64,000 nucleotides of DNA from the human T2T-CHM13v2.0 reference genome, Homo sapiens. This document shows, in pieces, positions 59,039 to 64,000 of this stretch. The notes below the pieces were generated by a model. The model saw only the letters and a program-made list of their open reading frames with translations, was not told where the DNA came from and ran no database searches. Every line of letters starts with the position of its first letter. Positions within the stretch are counted from its first letter, which is position 1. The position numbers and the translations under genes were made by a program. The stretch lies in NCBI RefSeq assembly GCF_009914755.1, contig NC_060925.1; one strand, written 5' to 3'.

Positions 59039-59639
59039 CTAACACCAACCTATCTCAGGATTTACAAGAGAAAATAAATACTCTTATCACTTAAACCACT
59101 TTTAGTAGGTTTTCAGCTATCTGTTGCTGAATGCATCTTTACTGATAAAGTGAAAATGCTAGGATTTAAAGCCAGGTTACCACTACAAAAAATTGAAGGA
59201 GACAAGGAGGCAATTGACAGATTAATTCAAGCAGGATAATCAAGCCAACTGTACTGTTAGGGAGAAAAATGGTGTTTAAAATTATTAAGGGGTGGCTTGG
59301 AGTTATGAGAAGTGGAAAAAGAGTTGTGACTGTATATTACTTGTATGCATTTTTTCATTTACTGGCCAATGATTCAACTCTGCTTGTCCAGGCTTATGTA
59401 AATGCAACATGTGAGACATCTTACCAAGATAAGTGATACTGGAAAGGAGAGTATGTAAACGGAACTATAAGATAGGAGATAGGTGAGGCCATTCTGATTA
59501 TACATGAATACTATTAAAACTCCTATCTCAGGCTGATGGTACTAGGATTAGATTAGGGTGTGGTGTCTCCAGCTTGGACTTGGGCGGCTGGGCTGGCTGG
59601 AACTTAACGCTAGGTCAGAAATTCTCTGTAATTTCTGAA

Positions 59640-60435
<796 letters not shown>

Positions 60436-60684
60436 TGATGCTTAATGCTAAAAGAGAAGGGACAGTTGTAAAAGATGTATCTTAACATGAAGAGAAATGG
60501 AAATTAACAAGGCTCAAACTTATTTTTTAAATGGAAGGGTCTAGCTATAGAGGGAAAACCTAGGAAAAGAAGCTGCAGGACACATATTAATGAAACCAGA
60601 GAAAAGTGGAGATTCTATGTTGATTAATGCTGGGGGTGTGGTAGAGAAGTAAAATGTAGGGTGCAGGATTTGTTTTGTTTTCAT

Positions 60685-63600
60685 TTTTAATTTTTTCCAG
60701 TTTTATTGAGGTTTAATATTGTTTAACAAACAAAAATTGTGTATATTTAAGGTGCACAACTTGATGTCTTAGTGTACCTAGGCATTGTGAAATGTTTACT
60801 ACAATCAAGCTAATTATCATATCTATCAACTCACATAATTAACTTTTTTTGGTGAAAACAATATTTACTCAAGAAATTTCAAGCATATGATACAGTATTA
60901 TAAACTGTAGTCTCCATGCTGTATATTAGATCTCCAGAACTCGTTCATCCTGCATAACTGAAACTTTGTACCCTTTGACCAACATTTTCCCATGTCCCTG
61001 GTAACTACCATTCTACTTTCTTCTTCTAAAAGGTCAACTTTTTAAGATTCTACATACAAGTAAGATCATGCATTATTTGTCTTTCTGTATATGGCTTGTT
61101 TCACTTAGCATAATGTCTTCCAGTTTTGTTCATATTATCATAAATGAGAAAATTCTCTTTTTTTACAAACTGAATAATATTCTATTGTATATGTAGATAT
61201 ACACCACATTTTCTTTCTTCATTAATTCCTTGATGGACACTTAGGTTGATTCCATATCTTAGCTGTTGGTAATAATGATGCAATAAACATGGGAGTGCAG
61301 ATATCTTATCAACATACTGATTTCATTTTCTTTGGATATATACCCAGAAGTGGAATTGCTACATTATATGATAATTCTATATTTAGTTTTTGGAGGAAAC
61401 GTTATACTGTTTTCTATAATTGTACTAATTTAAATATCTGCCAACAGTGAACAAGGGTTCCCTTTTCTCCACATCCTCGCCAACACTTGTTATCTTTCGT
61501 CTTTTTGATGATAGCCATTCTAATATATGTGAAGTGGTTTCTCATGCATTTCCATGATGATTAGTAATGCTGAGCACCTTTTCAAATATCCGTTGGCAAT
61601 TTGTATGTCTCCTGAGAAATGTATATTCAGGTGCTTTGCTCAATATTAACTTCTTATCAGATGTATCACTTGAAAATATTTTCTTCCATTCTGTAGGTTA
61701 TCTCTTCACTCTGTTGATTGTTTTCCTTGCTGTGCAGAGATTTTTGGTTTAATGTAATACCATTTGTCTATTTTTACTTTTGCTCTCTGTGCTTTTGACT
61801 TCATATTCAAAAAAATCATTGCCAAGATCAATGTCATGGAGATTTGCCTATGTTTTTTCTCTGGTAGTTTTGTAGTTTCAGGTCTCTTGTTTAAGCCTTT
61901 AATCCATTTTGAATTGATTTTTGTATACGGTGTGAGATGAGGGTCTAATTTCATTCTTTTGCCTGTAGATGTCCATTTGTTCCAACATCATTTATTGAAT
62001 AGACTGTCCTTTCCCCATTGTGTGTTCTTGGTATCTTTTTGAAAATTAATTGGCTATAAGGCATGGATTTATTTCTGAGGAGTCTTATTTTTGTTCCATT
62101 GGTTGATGTATCTGTTTTTATGTCAGTACCATGCTGTTTTCATTTCTATAGCTTTGTAGTATATTTTGAAACCAGGCAATATGATGCCTCTGGGTTTGGT
62201 TTTTGCTCAAGATTGCTTTGGCTATTCAGAGTCTTTTGTGGTTTCATACAAATTTTAAGATTGTTTTCTATTTCTCTGAAAAATGTCATTGAACTTTTGA
62301 TAGGGATTCCATTGAATATATAGATTGCTGTTGGTTGTATGGACATTTTATCAATATTAATTCTTCCAATTCCTGCACAGTGAATATATTTTCATTTATA
62401 ATGTCTTCTTCAATTTCTTTCATCAATGTTTTATAATTTTCAGTGCACAGGTTTTTAACTTTCTTGGTTAAATTTATTCCTATTTTATTATTGTTTTGAT
62501 AGTTTTTATAGATAGTATTGCTTTCTTGATTTCTTTTTTGGATAGTTTGTCGTTAGTGTATAGAAATGCTACTAATACTTGTATGTTGATTTTGAATCCT
62601 GAAATTTTCTTGAATTTATTTATTAGTTATAACAGCTTTTTGGTGGAGTCTTTAGGTTTTCCTATATATATAAGATCTTGGTGTCTGTAAACAGGGACAA
62701 TTTAACTTCTTCTTTTCTAATATACTTTGATGACTTTTAGTTATTTCTCTTGCCTAATTTTTCTGATAGGACTGCCAGTACTATGTTGAATAGAAGTAGC
62801 AAGAGTAGGCATTGATGTCTGGTCATAAAGGTAAAGAGTTCAACTCTTCACTGTGGAGGATGATGTTAGCTGTGGGCTTCTCATATATGGCCTTTATTGT
62901 TTTAAGGTACATTCCTTCTATACTTAATTTGCTGAGAGTTATTGTCATGAAAGAATGCTGAATTTTGTAAAACGACTTTTTTGCATCTATTGAGATTATT
63001 ATATTGTTTTTGTCCTTTATTCTGTTAATGTGTTATATTACATTTATAGATTTCTATATGTTGAACCAACCTTGCATCCCTGAGATAAGTCCCACTTGAT
63101 CATGATGAATGATCCTTTTACAGTGCTGTTGGATTTGGTTTGCCAAAATTTTGTTGAGAATTTCTGTAACTATGTTAATCAAGAATATTGGCCTGCAATT
63201 TTTCAATTCTTTTTAAAAAATTTATTATTATACTTTAAGTTTTAGGCTACATGTGCACAATGTGCAGGTTAGTTACATATGTATACATGTGCCACAATTC
63301 TTGAAGTGTTTTTGTCAGGCTTTGGTTTCATAATAATGCTGGTCTCATAAAATGGGTTTGAAAATATAACTTATTTAACTTCTTGGAAGAGTTTAAGAAG
63401 GATTGGTATTAGTTCTTTAAATGTTTGAGTAGAAAACAGCAGTGAAGCCTTCAGGTCCTGGGCTTTTCTTTGATGAGAAACTTTTTATTAATGATTCGAT
63501 CTCTTTATTGCTATTGATCTGTTCAGATTTTCTTTTCTTTTTTGACCTGGGTATCACTGACGAAGTTCAGATTTTATTTCTGCATAATTGTCTTGGTAGG

Positions 63601-63945
63601 TTTTATGTGTCTAGGAATTTACCCATTTTTTTTCTAGGTTATCCAATTTGTTGGTGCTTAATTTTTTCTAATAATTTATTAAAATCCTTTGTATTTTGAT
63701 GGTATTAGTTATAATGTCTTCTCTTTCATTTGAGATGATTATTTTGCATTCTTTTCAGGTAATTCACAGATCTCCATTTCTTTCGGGTTGGTTATTAGAG
63801 ATTTGTTTTCTTTTTTGATTGTGTTTTGTTTTCTTTAATCTTCATGCTTTTTATAGGTTTGCCTTGTCATCTGTGCATTTGAATAAGCAACTACCTTTCC
63901 CAATCTTTATGGAATAATTTTGACTGGGAGAGACCTTTACTGGTC
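60685..63945 (-). mobile_element. L1MA-type element: 3' UTR and ORF2, then a jump to 5'-region sequence near 63745
   Basis: 3' end TTTTATTGAGG...ATATTTAAGGTGCACAAC; peptide [18 protein letters not shown]. Confidence 0.85.
63212..63294 (-). mobile_element. Micro-insertion of a young L1PA 3' tip
   Basis: Nearly identical to about 17630-17700; TSD CAATTCTT at 63204 and 63295. Confidence 0.9.
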
Positions 63946-64000
63946 AGCAGTACTTAATATGAGGCAAGACAGAAAATTATTCCTTAGTGAGCATACTGTT

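Larger units (their letters stand above)
57310..59146 (+). mobile_element. Old ERVL/MaLR LTR split by LTR12 (57310-57741 and 59039-59146)
   Basis: The 3' part AATAAATACTCTTATCACTTAAACCACT...CTGTTGCTGAATGCATCTTTACTGATA resumes after the LTR12. Confidence 0.65.

Noticed and set aside
58307-59042. Overlapping 241-, 236- and 159-aa ORFs
   Set aside because: They lie in the GC-rich LTR12 U3, where stop codons are rare; there is no protein-like signal.

Overview
This is primate (human-like), AT-rich, repeat-dense genomic DNA, and I can support no host protein-coding exon in it. Nearly all listed ORFs are fragments of L1, Alu, ERV or simple repeats. Main contents are: an old L1PA/L1PB 3' half (+); an L1PA6-like element missing most of ORF2; a full-length L1PA3-like element; a 5'-truncated L1PA4/5; a 5'-inverted L1PB; several L1M, L2 and MIR relics; about 11 Alu/FLAM copies; a complete MSTA MaLR element; a solo LTR12 (ERV9); and an 8.7-kb two-LTR class I (gamma-like) provirus on the minus strand (25846-34520) with gag, pol and env remnants and a tRNA-Arg PBS. 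The most notable signal is in that provirus: conserved motifs repeatedly carry sense-strand G-to-A changes, consistent with fossil APOBEC3 hypermutation. Several tiny TSD-flanked retro-insertions also occur: a tRNA-Ile 5' half, a poly(A)-only insert and a 21-nt orphan. The full-length L1 lacks a TSD and appears to sit on a deletion. Subfamily names and the boundaries of old repeats were assigned by eye and are approximate.
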